From: the human T2T-CHM13v2.0 reference genome, Homo sapiens
NCBI GenBank assembly: GCA_009914755.4
Contig: CP068257.2
Coordinates: 21,888,001 to 21,952,000 of the forward strand
Length of the DNA stretch: 64,000 bases
Reading direction: 5' to 3'
A program made the translations under genes and the position numbers. Under the pieces are notes generated by a model that saw only the letters and a list, made by a program, of their open reading frames with translations, ran no database searches and was not told the DNA's origin. The first letter of the stretch is position 1, and every line of letters begins with the position of its first letter. This document shows positions 54,090 through 64,000 of the stretch, piece by piece.

Positions 54090-54407
54090 GGCCGGGAACT
54101 GTGGCTCACACTTGTAATCCCAGCACTTTGGGAGGCCAAGCGGAGTGGATCACGAGGTCAGGAGACCGAGACCATCCTGGCTAACACGGTGAAACCCCGT
54201 CGCTACTAAAAATACAAAAAAAAAAAAAAAGAAAAAAAAATTAGCTGGGCGTGGTGGCGGGCGCCTGTGGTCCCAGCTGCTCAGGAGGCTGAGGCAGGAG
54301 AACGGCGTGAACCTGAGAGGTGGAGCTTGCAGTAAGCCTAGATTGCGCCACTGCACTCCAGCCTGGGCAACAGAGCGAGAACCCGTCTCAAAAAAAAGAA
54401 AAAAAAA
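54090..54407 (+). mobile_element. Full-length AluY inserted at the right edge of repeat copy 1
   Basis: ggccgggaactgtggctcacacttgtaatcccagcactttgggaggccaagcggagtggatcacgaggtcaggagaccgagaccatcctggctaacacggtgaaaccccgtcgctactaaaaatacaaaaaaaaaaaaaaagaaaaaaaaattagctgggcgtggtggcgggcgcctgtggtcccagctgctcaggaggctgaggcaggagaacggcgtgaacctgagaggtggagcttgcagtaagcctagattgcgccactgcactccagcctgggcaacagagcgagaacccgtctcaaaaaaaagaaaaaaaaa. The middle A-rich linker is unusually long. Confidence 0.9.
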
Positions 54408-54850
54408 TTTCCAGAAAAATCATCTAAATGAGACTCAAACTCAGCTTTAAGGATGTTTGTCCACATAGGATGTGCTGTCATCTATAATCTGAGTCTCCCT
54501 TATCAATATTCCATAAAAGTCCAGGAAAATCTAACATCTCATTAAAAGATGCAGAATGCTATGGATGTAATACTAGGGTAAAACACTTAAAAATAGTGGA
54601 TGAATTAAAGTTCACATGGCTAAAATAATGTTCTGTTTCTTTGTATCCCTTCTTTATGTTCAATATTATTTTTTAAAATATGTAAACAAAACATAATTTC
54701 AAAATATGGTCTTAATTTCTCACTCAAAATTCACTGAAATCTGAGACCAGATGGTAATGCATACGTTTACATGTGAACAAAGCTTTTCTGGAAAGTGCAT
54801 GTGATGAAAAACTGTGGTTTTGGGAACCCTAGTGTGTGTTCACCAGAGTG

Positions 54851-55287
54851 CAGTAGTCACCCCATTCTCTGCAGTTTCACCTTGTGTGGTTTCAGATAAC
54901 TGTGGTCAACCATGGTCCAAAAATATTACATGGAACATTCCAGAAATAAACAATTCATGTTTTAAATTGTATGCCTTCTGGGTAGCATGATGAAATTTTG
55001 TGCTACCCCACTCTGTCCTGCCTAGGACACGGATCATCCCTTTCTCCAGAGTAGCCACACTGTAGGCGCTCCCTGCCCTTTAGTAGCCACCTGGGTTATC
55101 ACACAGACTGTCATGGTGGTGCAATAATCCATAAAGTGATTCCTTTAAGTTAAAAGGTGAAACTTTACCATAGGTCTGTTTGTATGTGTAGGAAAAAAAG
55201 TATCTCTACTGTCCAGTACTATTCAGAATTTTCGGCATCCTCTGGGGGTCTTAGAATGTGTATCCTGCAAATAAGGGGAGACTAATG
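54851..55287 (+). mobile_element. Tigger2-derived non-autonomous DNA transposon (MER44-like MITE)
   Basis: cagtagtcaccccattctctgcagtttcaccttgtgtggtttcagataactgtggtcaaccatggtccaaaaatattacatggaacattccagaaataaacaattcatgttttaaattgtatgccttctgggtagcatgatgaaattttgtgctaccccactctgtcctgcctaggacacggatcatccctttctccagagtagccacactgtaggcgctccctgccctttagtagccacctgggttatcacacagactgtcatggtggtgcaataatccataaagtgattcctttaagttaaaaggtgaaactttacc ~ the Tigger2/MER44 5' end as I recall it (cagtggtcccccacttatccgcggtttc..gcggtttcagttacccgcggtcaaccgcggtccgaaaatattaaatggaaaattccagaaataaacaattcataagttttaaattgcgcgccgttctgagtagcgtgatgaaatctcgcgccgtcccgc...gtgaatcatccctttgtccagcgtatccacgctgtatacgc...). The 3' end ...ctgggggtcttagaatgtgtatcctgcaaataaggggagactaatg ~ the inverted terminal repeat. 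Confidence 0.6.
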
Positions 55288-55598
55288 TGTTTAGTAATTT
55301 TTTGTTACGGTTGAATAATTCATTTTTCAAGTTGTTCTTACAGATTTCCTACTGCCATGTGGAGGTGGATAAATTTCAATATAGCAATGAAGACAATTTG
55401 TCACAGCCTTGATTGGATTGCTATGATTAACCAATATTTAGTGAATTATAAAAGTAGGTTTGTGATAATCTATAATAAAAATAGGAAGAATTTAATGACA
55501 AGTATAATCATGATAATATCTTGCATGATTTTTAATATTATACCTATAGCAGCAGAGTTATATGAGAAGCCATAAATTGGATTCATTATAATTTTCCT

Positions 55599-55905
55599 CC
55601 ATAACCTGTAAAATTGAGGGACAGCTGCCTATTAGCTGTGCATCTGTCAGTGCTGTATCATTTTGGTCTCTACGAATATAAAATCCACTGAAATTTTGAG
55701 ACCTTTTATTTAGTAGCTCAATTATGACACTGAAAGAATGAAATGAATTGAAAATGAACAAAGAGGAGATAGAATACCATAGTAGCTAAGAACTTATATT
55801 TTTGGAAGAGATAAAATTAGATTTAAATTCCGACTTGCCCACTTTCTGGTTAATTATCATCTTTGGGTTTCATTGTTATCCACAATGTATTATAAACATA
55901 TATAT
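55599..55905 (+). repeat. Low-copy direct repeat, copy 2
   Basis: gagggacagctgcctattagctgtgcatctgtcagtgctgtatcattttggtctctacgaatataaaatccactgaaattttgagaccttttatttagtagctcaattatgacactgaaagaatgaaatgaattgaaaatgaacaaagaggagatagaataccatagtagctaagaacttatatttttggaagagataaaattagatttaaattccgacttgcccactttctggttaattatcatctttgggtttcattgttatccacaatgtattataaacatatatata. Same orientation as copy 1 and 1.85 kb downstream. Confidence 0.7.
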
Positions 55906-57029
55906 AGTAGTGAATACTAAATAATATGTCATGTATATCATACTTTACTCATTGCCTTACATAAATTATATGAAAATTCACATGTATATTTATTTACATA
56001 TAAGTATATAATTATTAAAAAGATTTTCTTCCTATAGTATTCATTATCAAATGCTGTTATTTTAATAAATAGCCAGTTCTCTTAAAATTACACATGCAAA
56101 AATTATTGTTGAAAAAACTACTCAAATAGAAAGCTGTTGTTTATTTGGGGCCATCATCATCTTCATTCAGTTATACCAAGTGTATCAAAATTAAACCAAA
56201 TTATAAAAGAAATTTAATTTTAAAAGGAAAATATCAGGGGCCATGCTTGAGTTTATTTTTTGAACCTTTTATATTTACTTCACCATACAATATTAAAGTT
56301 CATATTACTATATCTCCAATTCAGTGCAAAATAAATGCATGCCTGCTGGAACATATCAAATTACTTTCACTGTGTTTGTAATTGTACGTTATAATGTTCA
56401 CTTAAGCAGACTACCTGACTAATCATAAAAGTTTACTCCAAAATGTTCTAGATTAATGGAGATTTTGCCATATATCTCACAGCTTAGTTTGAGAGGTTAC
56501 AGCATATACTTAATCACTGATAATTTTCTAAATTTTTTATTGTGAAATGTGCAGTGTTGAAAGTTCTCAGTTCTTGTGACTTGTTTTCGAATCGTTCATT
56601 TCTAATTTATGTAAGTAGCTTTTTTTTTAACCAGCAATTTCATAAAGTAGAAGAGGTTATACTAACGCTGCTTTGAACAACAATTTTAATGTTGTTATCG
56701 TTAGGTGCTCATTATTTTTCCTGCTTTTACTATCAATAAATATATATCAGTGAGAGCTTTTCTCATGGGAATCCAGAAATGAACTCTCCAGTAAGTGTAA
56801 GAGGGAGATAGGCACATCCTCATCAAATCTTCATAGATTAACACCTTGAAGCAAGATGATAATATGACTAATTTCCTGTATCCAATACGTTTTGCCTCTG
56901 CAGTTGCACATGACAAGTCCTGCACAGCTTAATGAATACTTCTCTGGAAATATGGGACTCCAGGCTTCTCGCGTCCATTTATTGCACCTAGGTTTCTCCA
57001 TCCTTTTACATCCAAACGATGTGCCAATG

Positions 57030-58600
57030 TGCTCCTCTTTTATTCATTGTTATTAATTTCATTGCCACATACTCATTGTCCAAACTTATGAGATATGGTA
57101 GGATATTTCATTACATATGTACAATGTACAATGATCAGATTAGGGAAATTAGCAAATCCATCACCTCAAACAGTTGTCACTTCTTTGTGTTGAGAACATC
57201 CCAAACCCTCTCTTCTAGCTATCTACAAATATGCAATAAATTGTTAGTAATATAGTCACCTTACAGTGCCACAGAACCTTAAAAATTTTTCCTTCCATCT
57301 AGTTGCAATTGTGTATATGTGAACCAACCTTTCCCTATCTCCCCCTCCTGTTACCCTTTCCAGTCTTTTAGTAACCACTATTCTACTCCTTCCTTCTTTG
57401 AGATCAACTTTAATAGCTTCCACATATGAGTAAGTATATGCAGTATTTATCTTTCTATGGCTGGTTTACTTCACTTAACATAATAAAATGTTTCTACAGA
57501 TTTGCCTATTCTGGATGCTTTATTCAAATAGAATGATATAATATGTGGTCTTTCATGACTAACTTTTTTCATTCTGTATAATTTCATCATTTTGTAAGAG
57601 TCATCCATGCTCTAGCATGTTTACACACTTGATTGCACTTGATTGTTTTTATTGCTAAATAATATTACACTGTATGTATATCTAGAAATGGAATTGATAG
57701 GTCATATTACAGATCTATGTTTAACCTATTGAGGAAATGACAAATTCTTCCACATAAGCCAAACTGTTTTACATTTTCACCAGCAATGTATGAGAATTTC
57801 CATTTTCTAACTTCCTCACCAACACTTGTTATTGTCTGGCATGTTGGATATAGTCAGCCTAATAAGTATGAAGTGATATTTCACTGTGGTTTTGATTTGC
57901 ATTCCCTGATGGCTAATGTTGTTGAAAATTCTTTTATGTGTTTTGGGGCATTTCTATGTCTTCTGTATGTGAATATCTATTTATATTAATTGTTCATTTT
58001 TAACTGAGTTTTGTATTTTTATTTGTTTTCTATTGTTTTAAGAATTCATTATAAATTCTGGATAAAAGTTAAGTAGTAGATTTATAATTCTTAAATATTT
58101 TCTGCAACTTAATTGATTGTCTTATTAATATTATCATTGACATTATTATACACACCATAAAAATTAATTGTAATGAAGTAAAATTTCTTCATTTTTCTGT
58201 TAAATGTATTTTTGCTGTAATAGCTGAAAATCTATTGCCTATGTATTCTTCTAAGGTTTTATAGATTTAGATCTTAAATTTATGCTATTTTATATTTTGA
58301 GTTAATTTCCATGTAAGCTCTGAGGGAAGACATTGTCTTGGCATCATTATAGAGAAACAATAATAGAGGAACAATTAACCATTGCTATCCGTAGAGTTAG
58401 TAGATTTTGTTTATCTTTACAAAGAAGCATCATTTGGTTTTGTAAAATTTCTCTATTTTTCTTTTACTGTTTTCAATTTCAAAATTTTAACTCTGTTCTT
58501 TATTATTTCCTTTTTACTACTTGATACATGCTCGGGTTGCTTTTCTGTTTATAGTGTCTTAAGGTAAAAGTTTAGGTTATTTTTTTCTTTTTTGATATAA
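57030..58600 (-). mobile_element. L1M-type 3' portion (3'UTR plus ORF2 C-terminal region), minus strand
   Basis: 57300-57650: ttccctatctccccctcctgttaccctttccagtcttttagtaaccactattctactccttccttctttgagatcaactttaatagcttccacatatgagtaagtatatgcagtatttatctttctatggctggtttacttcacttaacataataaaatgtttctacagatttgcctattctggatgc ~ the L1M 3'UTR reverse complement (ctccccattctcccctcccccagcccctggcaaccaccattctactttctgtctctatgaatttgactattctaggtacctcatataagtggaatcatacagtatttgtccttttgtgtctggcttatttcacttagcataatg...). 57690-57990: tctagaaatggaattgataggtcatattacagatctatgtttaac...ttacattttcaccagcaatgtatgagaatttccattttctaacttcctcaccaacacttgttattgtctg...gtggttttgatttgcattccctgatggctaatgttgttgaaaattcttttatgtgttttggggcatttctatgtcttctgtatg ~ the L1M reverse complement (taggagtggaattgctgggtcatatggtaactctatgtttaac...ttacattcccaccagcaatgtatgagggttccaatttctccacatcctcaccaacacttgttattgtctg...gtggttttgatttgcatttccctaatgactaatgatgttgagcatcttttcatgtgcttattggcc). 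Confidence 0.65.
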
Positions 58601-59467
58601 TTCTTTTAATCCAAAAAGTATCTCAGAATGCATAACTTATGGTAAGAGAGCTAAGGGGCTAAGTCAACAAGAGTAGTTCTGCTTTCATATGATTTATGAA
58701 CTGATATTTAAGAAATATTTTGTTCGAAATACAGGCTCTGTGAGTGTGCCTGTGTGTATGGTTTAAAGCAAAATCCAAGTCTTATGGAGAAAGTTACTTG
58801 AAGCAAAGAATGTACAAAATACCAGGACAATTGTATTAAATTAATCATAATGTAGTATAAGATATGCAAAGGGTGCCAGGCATTGACTCTATCTACTTTA
58901 TAATCTTGCCCTTCAAACTTATAATAGTAACATTTTTATGCAACTTAAAGTTATTGGAATGCTTATTTAGGAACTCATGATTTAAAAACACACGTAAAAC
59001 AAGTAACAGAGAGCTACTAAACTCATGTCTCAAGAATAAATCGAGTGTGCATTTGATTAGGTGAGTCTCATCTTAAAATGCATTATTTTTATGTTTTTTT
59101 TCATTTTAACATTTCTTTTGTTTAAACCTAATATAAAAAATAATATCCTAAATTCTGGCCTTTAGTGAAGAATAGTACAATAAGATTTGTATACTTCTAG
59201 AGTGAGCTGGTTAAAAAAAAAAAAAAGGGAAATATGCTCTAATGAGTATTTAGCTGCTTATCAATTATAAAATGTCAGAGAAAATATATCTAGCATAAAT
59301 AAAGTTTTTGCTTCTAATTCTAGTAGTAAATATTACATCTAGAAATCTTAGAACACCTAAAAAATTTTGAGAAAAAAATAAATATCATTTATAAGTTGTA
59401 TTGGTCAATAGTAGTTAATATACTACTATTTTTTCTGTTATATATTTCTTTATTTTTGAATGGAATC

Positions 59468-59830
59468 TGATATAGTTTAGATTTGGGGCACTGCCTAGTG
59501 GAGCTGTGAGAGGAGGGCCACTGTCCTCCAGACTCCTTAAATCGTGCATCTGGAAAAGCCACAGACACTCAATGCCAGTCAGTAAAAGTAGTTGTAGGGA
59601 ATGTACCCTGCAGAGCCACAGAAACAGAGATGCCCAAGGCCTGAAGAGATAACCCTTTGCATCTGTGTGGCCTGGATATGGGACATGGAGTCAAAGAAGA
59701 TTATTTTGGAGCTTTATGATTTATTGACTACCATCCTGGATTTTGGACTTTCATGGGCCTTTGGGTCCTTTGTTTTGGCTGATTTCTCCCTTTCAGAATG
59801 AATGTATTTACCTAATGCCTGTACCCCTAT
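59468..59830 (+). mobile_element. Interspersed-repeat fragment related to the 24880-25330 segment (probably ERVL-MaLR-derived), truncated by the Alu that follows
   Basis: ...gcctggatatgggacatggagtcaaagaagattattttggagctttatgatttattgactaccatcctggattttggactttcatgggcctttgg parallels 25090-25200 ...cagagggtgggacacggagtcaaagaagattgtcctccagccttaagatttaatcttgttctccctgttgggctttgtaattacttgg. It begins tgatatagtttagatttgg, like a MaLR LTR start. The family is not resolved. Confidence 0.35.
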
Positions 59831-59836
59831 TTTATC

Positions 59837-60165
59837 TTTTTTTTTTTTTTTTTTTTTTTGAGATGGAATCTCACTCTGTCGCTCAGGCTAGAGTGCAATG
59901 GCACGATCCTGGCTCAGTGCAACCTTCACATCCCAGAGCAATTGTTCAAGCAATTGTCCTTCAAGCAATTATCCTGCCTCAGCCTTCTGAGTAGCTGGGA
60001 CTACAAGCACTTGCCACTATGCTTGGCTAATTTTTGTATTTTTAGTAGAGACAGGGGATTCACCATGTTGGCCAGGCTGGTCTTGAACTCCTGACCTCAG
60101 GTGATCTGTCTGCCTCGGCTTCCCAGAGTGCTGAGATTACAGGTGTGAGTCACCACGCCTGGCCC
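59837..60165 (-). mobile_element. Full-length Alu (AluS-like), minus strand, with a short internal tandem duplication
   Basis: A poly-T is followed by gagatggaatctcactctgtcgctcaggctagagtgcaatggcacgatcctggctcagtgcaaccttcacatcccagagcaattgttcaagcaattgtccttcaagcaattatcctgcctcagccttctgagtagctgggactacaagcacttgccactatgcttggctaatttttgtatttttagtagagacaggggattcaccatgttggccaggctggtcttgaactcctgacctcaggtgatctgtctgcctcggcttcccagagtgctgagattacaggtgtgagtcaccacgcctggccc. The caagcaatt(g/a)t motif is reiterated. Confidence 0.9.
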
Positions 60166-60370
60166 ACTATTGTATCTTGGAAGTAACTAACTTGTTTTTG
60201 ATTTTACAGACTCAGAGGCAGAAGGGACTTCCTTGTCTCAGATGAGACTTCTGACTACGGACTTTTGAGTTAATGGTGAAATGAGTTAAGACATGAGAGA
60301 CTGTTGAGAAGGGAGAATTCTATTTTGCAATATAAGAAAGACATGAGATTTGGGAGGGGCTGGGGCAGAG

Positions 60371-60760
60371 TGATATGCTTTGGATTTGTGTCCCCACCTA
60401 AATCTTACGTCAAATTGTAATACCCAGTGTAGGAAGAGGGGCCCAGTGGGAGGTGATCGGATCATCGGGGCAGATTTCCCTCTTGCTGTTCTCATGATAG
60501 TGAGTGAGTTATCACGATATCTGGTTGCTTGAAAGTGTGTAGCACCTTCAGCTTCACTCTCTTCCTCCTCTGCCCATGTAAGATGTGCCTTCTTCCCTTT
60601 TGCCTTCTGCCATGATTTTAAGTTTCCTGAAACTTCCTCAGACATGCTTCCTGTACAGACTGCAGAACTGAGTCAATTAAAACTCTTTTCTTTATAAATT
60701 ACCCATCTCAGGTAGGCCATTGCTAGGTCTTTAGAGCAATGTGAGAATGGACTAATACAG
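60371..60760 (+). mobile_element. Solitary ERVL-MaLR LTR (MST-like)
   Basis: tgatatgctttggatttgtgtccccacctaaatcttacgtcaaattgtaatacccagtgtaggaagaggggcccagtgggaggtgatcggatcatcggggcagatttccctcttgctgttctcatgatagtgagtgagttatcacgatatctggttgcttgaaagtgtgtagcaccttcagc...ctgccatgattttaagtttcctgaaacttcctcagacatgcttcctgtacagactgcagaactgagtcaattaaaactcttttctttataaattacccatctcaggtaggccattgctaggtctttagagcaatgtgagaatggactaataca. The 119-aa minus-strand ORF at 60286-60645 lies inside it. Confidence 0.7.
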
Positions 60761-62699
60761 AATCATACACGATAAGCTGTGTTAAGAGGTTTTTATTCAT
60801 AGAAGCATATATCTTGACCTAAGTTTAACATTTCTAATGATGAAAAGACATAAGGGCATTACGGTGGAAATGTCCTCTTTATACCGTCTTATTGCACTTG
60901 CCATAACAGATATCAGCATCCTTAACACAGGAGGGAGGAAGCTTTCCCTCCATGCTTCAGAGTATGTTTTTAACTTAAATAAAAGGTAATTTCAATGAAA
61001 TAAGTTTACTGTGTAACTTTAGAATTGGATCTAAGGTGCACATGTGTTATTGTATTTCAGTGTTATTTATTGCAAGGAAATTAATAGTTGCGTTTTAGGT
61101 GGTAATTATTTTTCATTCTTGGGTTTTTATTTCTACTTGTATATTCAGTAGCATCCCTAAGCAAAATATTATAACACCAACAAAATATTTTTCATTAACA
61201 ATTTTTTGTTAGAATAATAATGAGGCAAGAACAAAGAAGCTATGTATAAATTAAAAAGAATAATAATATGTCAAGCATAATTTTTTTAAAAGGATTCAGT
61301 AAACCAAGTTTTAAAAGACTGTAGAGAAAAATGTGGGTAGTGGGACATATTATCCAATATATCCAGATGTGTAATTCATATAAGGAAAAAAGCTGAGATA
61401 CCTCTGAAGGATAATGATATCCAGTTTGCCATATATAAGTTCATAAGCTGTGTACTTTACAACTTAACCCCAGTTTTATAGTTTAACATTTTCTTTTTCT
61501 ACCCTATTCCGTGGGGACTGGATTCTCTAACTATTCATTAATTATCAACTCTACTAACAAGCAAAGCTTTTCAAAGTTTAGCTTGGTTCTTATAATAGTC
61601 TGTTCTTGTCTTGCTATAAAGAAATACCTAGACTGGGTAATTCATAAAGAAAATAGGTTTGATTGACTCATGATTCTGCAGGCTGTACAGGAAGCATAGT
61701 GACTTCTGTGACGGCCTCAGGAAACTTGCTCATGGCAGAAGGCAAACTGGGAGCAAGTATCTTACATGGCTGGAGCAGGAGAAAGAGAGAAAGGAGAGGG
61801 GCAAACACTTTTAAACAATCAGGTCTCGTGAGAACTTTATCATAAGAATAGCACCAAAGGGAGAAATCCACCCACGCGATCGAATCACCTCCCACCAGTC
61901 CCCACCTCCAACATTGGCGGGTTCAATTCAACATGAGATTTAGGCAGGGAAACAAATCCAAACCAAATCAGTTCCATTCAAAAACATAAAACAAGGTAAT
62001 TTTTGTCTTGATGGTTTGATTATATGAACTAAAATTATAGCAATAGGGTAACTGCATAATACCATTTAATGTCCATATTTGCCATCACTTGAGAGAGATA
62101 CATGACTCATAATGAAAGGCTTTTAAGTAATCAGAAATTCGTAACACAATAATTAAATCAATTTTTATTGAAGCTATCAGATAAGTAAGTTATTCTAGAC
62201 TACATTCTTTTCTCCAAAAGTTAAATAAATCAATAAATAGAAAATAGTATATGTACATTTAACATTTTTCAGGTGAGGAAGGATTATGTAGAATCAGGAG
62301 AATGAGACAAACATTCATCAATCACTAGGATAACAAACTAATGATAATAATTTTGACTTCTAGTTTCCAGTCTGGCATGTAAGAAGCTTTAACCCACCTA
62401 TCTATCGTAACAACAAATAAAAAGCTGAACAAACTGAAAGATCAACAACTCTTCTTAGATTCATCCGAAAAATGAAGTTACAGGGGAAACTACCGTCCCC
62501 AGAATTTGAGGTGGATTGGAGGTGGATAGGTGGATGAAATCACAACTTATCAGATCAGAAATCCACCAACAGAAAAAGAGGAAGCAGTAGTAGGGGAGGA
62601 AAACCTGAACTGTATTTGATGCATTCTGGTGAGGGAAGTGGAAAAGTAACCACTTTGAAATATGCCAGAACATTGTCTCTTGCTTACATTGAGGCCTGC

Positions 62700-64000
62700 C
62701 CTCGAGAGAAATTATTTTACCAAAGCCTAATCTATCAATATCTTATCAAAGTTTTACTGACTTGGTGAAAGAGAAATACCTAACTCCAAACCCTTCTAGG
62801 CATCAAGAATCACCGAAGAGGGTTAAAAAAAAAAAAAACAAAAACACAAAAGCAAAGACTAGAAGCATTTGTGGGGTTCACAGCCCAGGGGTTCAGGCAT
62901 ACTGAAGTATAGAGAACTAATTCTAAGACCATAGGACACTTCTTCTCCACATCTTCCCACCACATTACTAAAGGCTTATTTTCCACAGATTCTTTTACCC
63001 AATAGATTACGTCACTCTTTCAACAAAAACAACAAAATTACAAGACATGTAAAGGGGAAATAAAACAGTTTGATGAGACAGAGTAAGCATTAGGACAAGT
63101 CTTAGGTATGGCAGAGATGTTAGAATTATCAAACCATGAATGCAAAACAGTTGTGATTAATATAATAAAGGCACTAATGAAAAAAGTATACAATAGGCCA
63201 GAACAGATGGATAATATAAGTAGAGAGATGGAAAATCTAAGAAAGAATAAAAAAGAAATAATAGAGATAAAATTCACCATAACATAAATGAAGAATGCCT
63301 TTGACAGATTTTTCAATAGAAATTTCAAAAACTGAAAAGTGAAGAGAAAAAAGACTACCAAAGAAAAAAAGAAAGGGGACAGATGTCCAAGAACTGTGAG
63401 ACAACTACAAAAGGTGTAACACATGTGTAATGGAATACTAGAGGAGAAGAAAGGAAGGAAGGAAATATTTAAAGCAATAATGATGAAGAATTTTCCTAAA
63501 TTCATATCAGACACCAAGCTACAAATCAAGAAAAATCAGAGAATGTCAAACAAAATAAATCCCAAAAATTAAAATAAAAGTACACTGAAGCATATCATAG
63601 TCAAACTGCAGCAAATCAAAGATAAACATAAAATCTTCACAGAAGCCAGTGGTGGTGGGGGAAGAAACATCTCATATATAGAGGATTAAAGATAAAAATA
63701 ATATCAAACTTATTCGCAAAAAGTATGTATGCAAAGAGAGACTAGTGCATTATTTAAAAAAGTGTTGATAGAACAAAACCACTGGCCTAGAATTCTGTAC
63801 TATGCAAAATTATCTATCAAAGTGGAAGGACAAATAAAGGCTTTCTCAGACAAAAATTGAGAGAATTTGTTGCCAGTAAACCTGTTCTGCAGGAGATATT
63901 AGAAGTCCTTCAGAGAGAGGAAAAATGGAAAAGTTTAGAAGGTTGGATCTATATCAAGAAAAGAAGAACATTAGAGAAGGAGTAACTTAGAAAAAATAAA
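62700..64000 (+). mobile_element. Old L1 (L1M/L1P-type) 5' region with a degenerate ORF1; it runs off the right edge of the window
   Basis: aaaacagttgtgattaatataataaaggcactaatgaaaaaagtatacaataggccagaacagatggataatataagtagagagatggaaaatctaagaaagaataaaaaagaaataatagagataaaa...gaagaatgcctttgacag...gaaatttcaaaaactgaaaagtgaagagaaaaaagactaccaaag...aactgtgagacaactacaaaaggtgtaacacatgtgtaatggaatactagaggagaagaaaggaag...atatttaaagcaataatgatgaagaattttcctaaattcatatcagacaccaagctacaaatcaagaaaaatcagagaatgtcaaac...aaaccactggcctagaattctgtactatgcaaaattatctatcaaagtggaaggacaaataaaggctttctcagacaaaaattgagagaatttgttgccagtaaacctgttctgcaggagatattagaagtccttcagagagagg is collinear with the L1 ORF1 DNA (..gatggaaaatctaagaaagaataaaaaagaaatactagagataaaa..aactgtgggacaactacaaaaggtgtaacatatgtgtaatgggaataccagaaggagaagaaag..atatttgaagcaataatgactgagaatttccccaaattaatgtcagacaccaaaccacagatccaggaagc...aaccaccaacctagaattctgtatcctgcgaaattatccttcaaaagtgaaggagaaataaagactttctcagacaaacaaaaattgagggaatttgttgccagtagacctgccttgcaagaaatg). 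No intact ORF. The start coordinate is uncertain. Confidence 0.6.

Noticed and set aside
60286-60645. 119-aa minus-strand ORF
   Set aside because: Contained within the MST-like solo LTR (60371-60760). LTR U3/R sequences often have open frames by chance.
63038-63529. 163-aa minus-strand ORF (hydrophobic; FFIIIALNISFLPFF…)
   Set aside because: It lies antisense to the A-rich L1 ORF1 region. Antisense translation of A-rich L1 DNA yields F/L/I-rich pseudo-ORFs. It has no other support.

Overview
This window reads as human (or other catarrhine primate) nuclear DNA from an AT-rich, gene-poor region, either intergenic or deep inside an intron. I found no convincing protein-coding exon, rRNA or tRNA gene, CpG island or promoter, and no prokaryotic-type system such as CRISPR or an operon. 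The longest six-frame ORFs lie inside transposable-element remnants or low-complexity tracts. By eye, at least 40 % of the window is recognisable interspersed repeat. The repeats I can support are 15 Alu copies or fragments (several AluY); old L1M fragments on both strands; a 2.8 kb L1P 3' portion that inserted into an L1M and was itself hit by an AluY; several ERVL-MaLR LTRs of THE1/MST/MLT1 type, two pairs of which are provirus-like (one pair carries matching 5-bp flanks); hAT and pogo DNA-transposon relics that look like MER20, MER44/Tigger2 and Tigger3/Golem; and large microsatellites, namely (TTTC/TTCC)n, (GAA/GAG)n, (TATC)n, (TA)n(TG)n and (CT)n. Points worth following up are a young AluY with a perfect 10-bp target-site duplication, the nested L1M<-L1P<-AluY stack with an unexplained 430-bp GC-rich 5' junction segment, two 200+ bp mirror-repeat purine/pyrimidine tracts with triplex potential (one is a GGAA-type microsatellite), a roughly 320-bp low-copy direct duplication, and a few CpG-retaining non-repeat segments. 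All family names come from memory of consensus sequences, with no database search, and coordinates of old elements are approximate.
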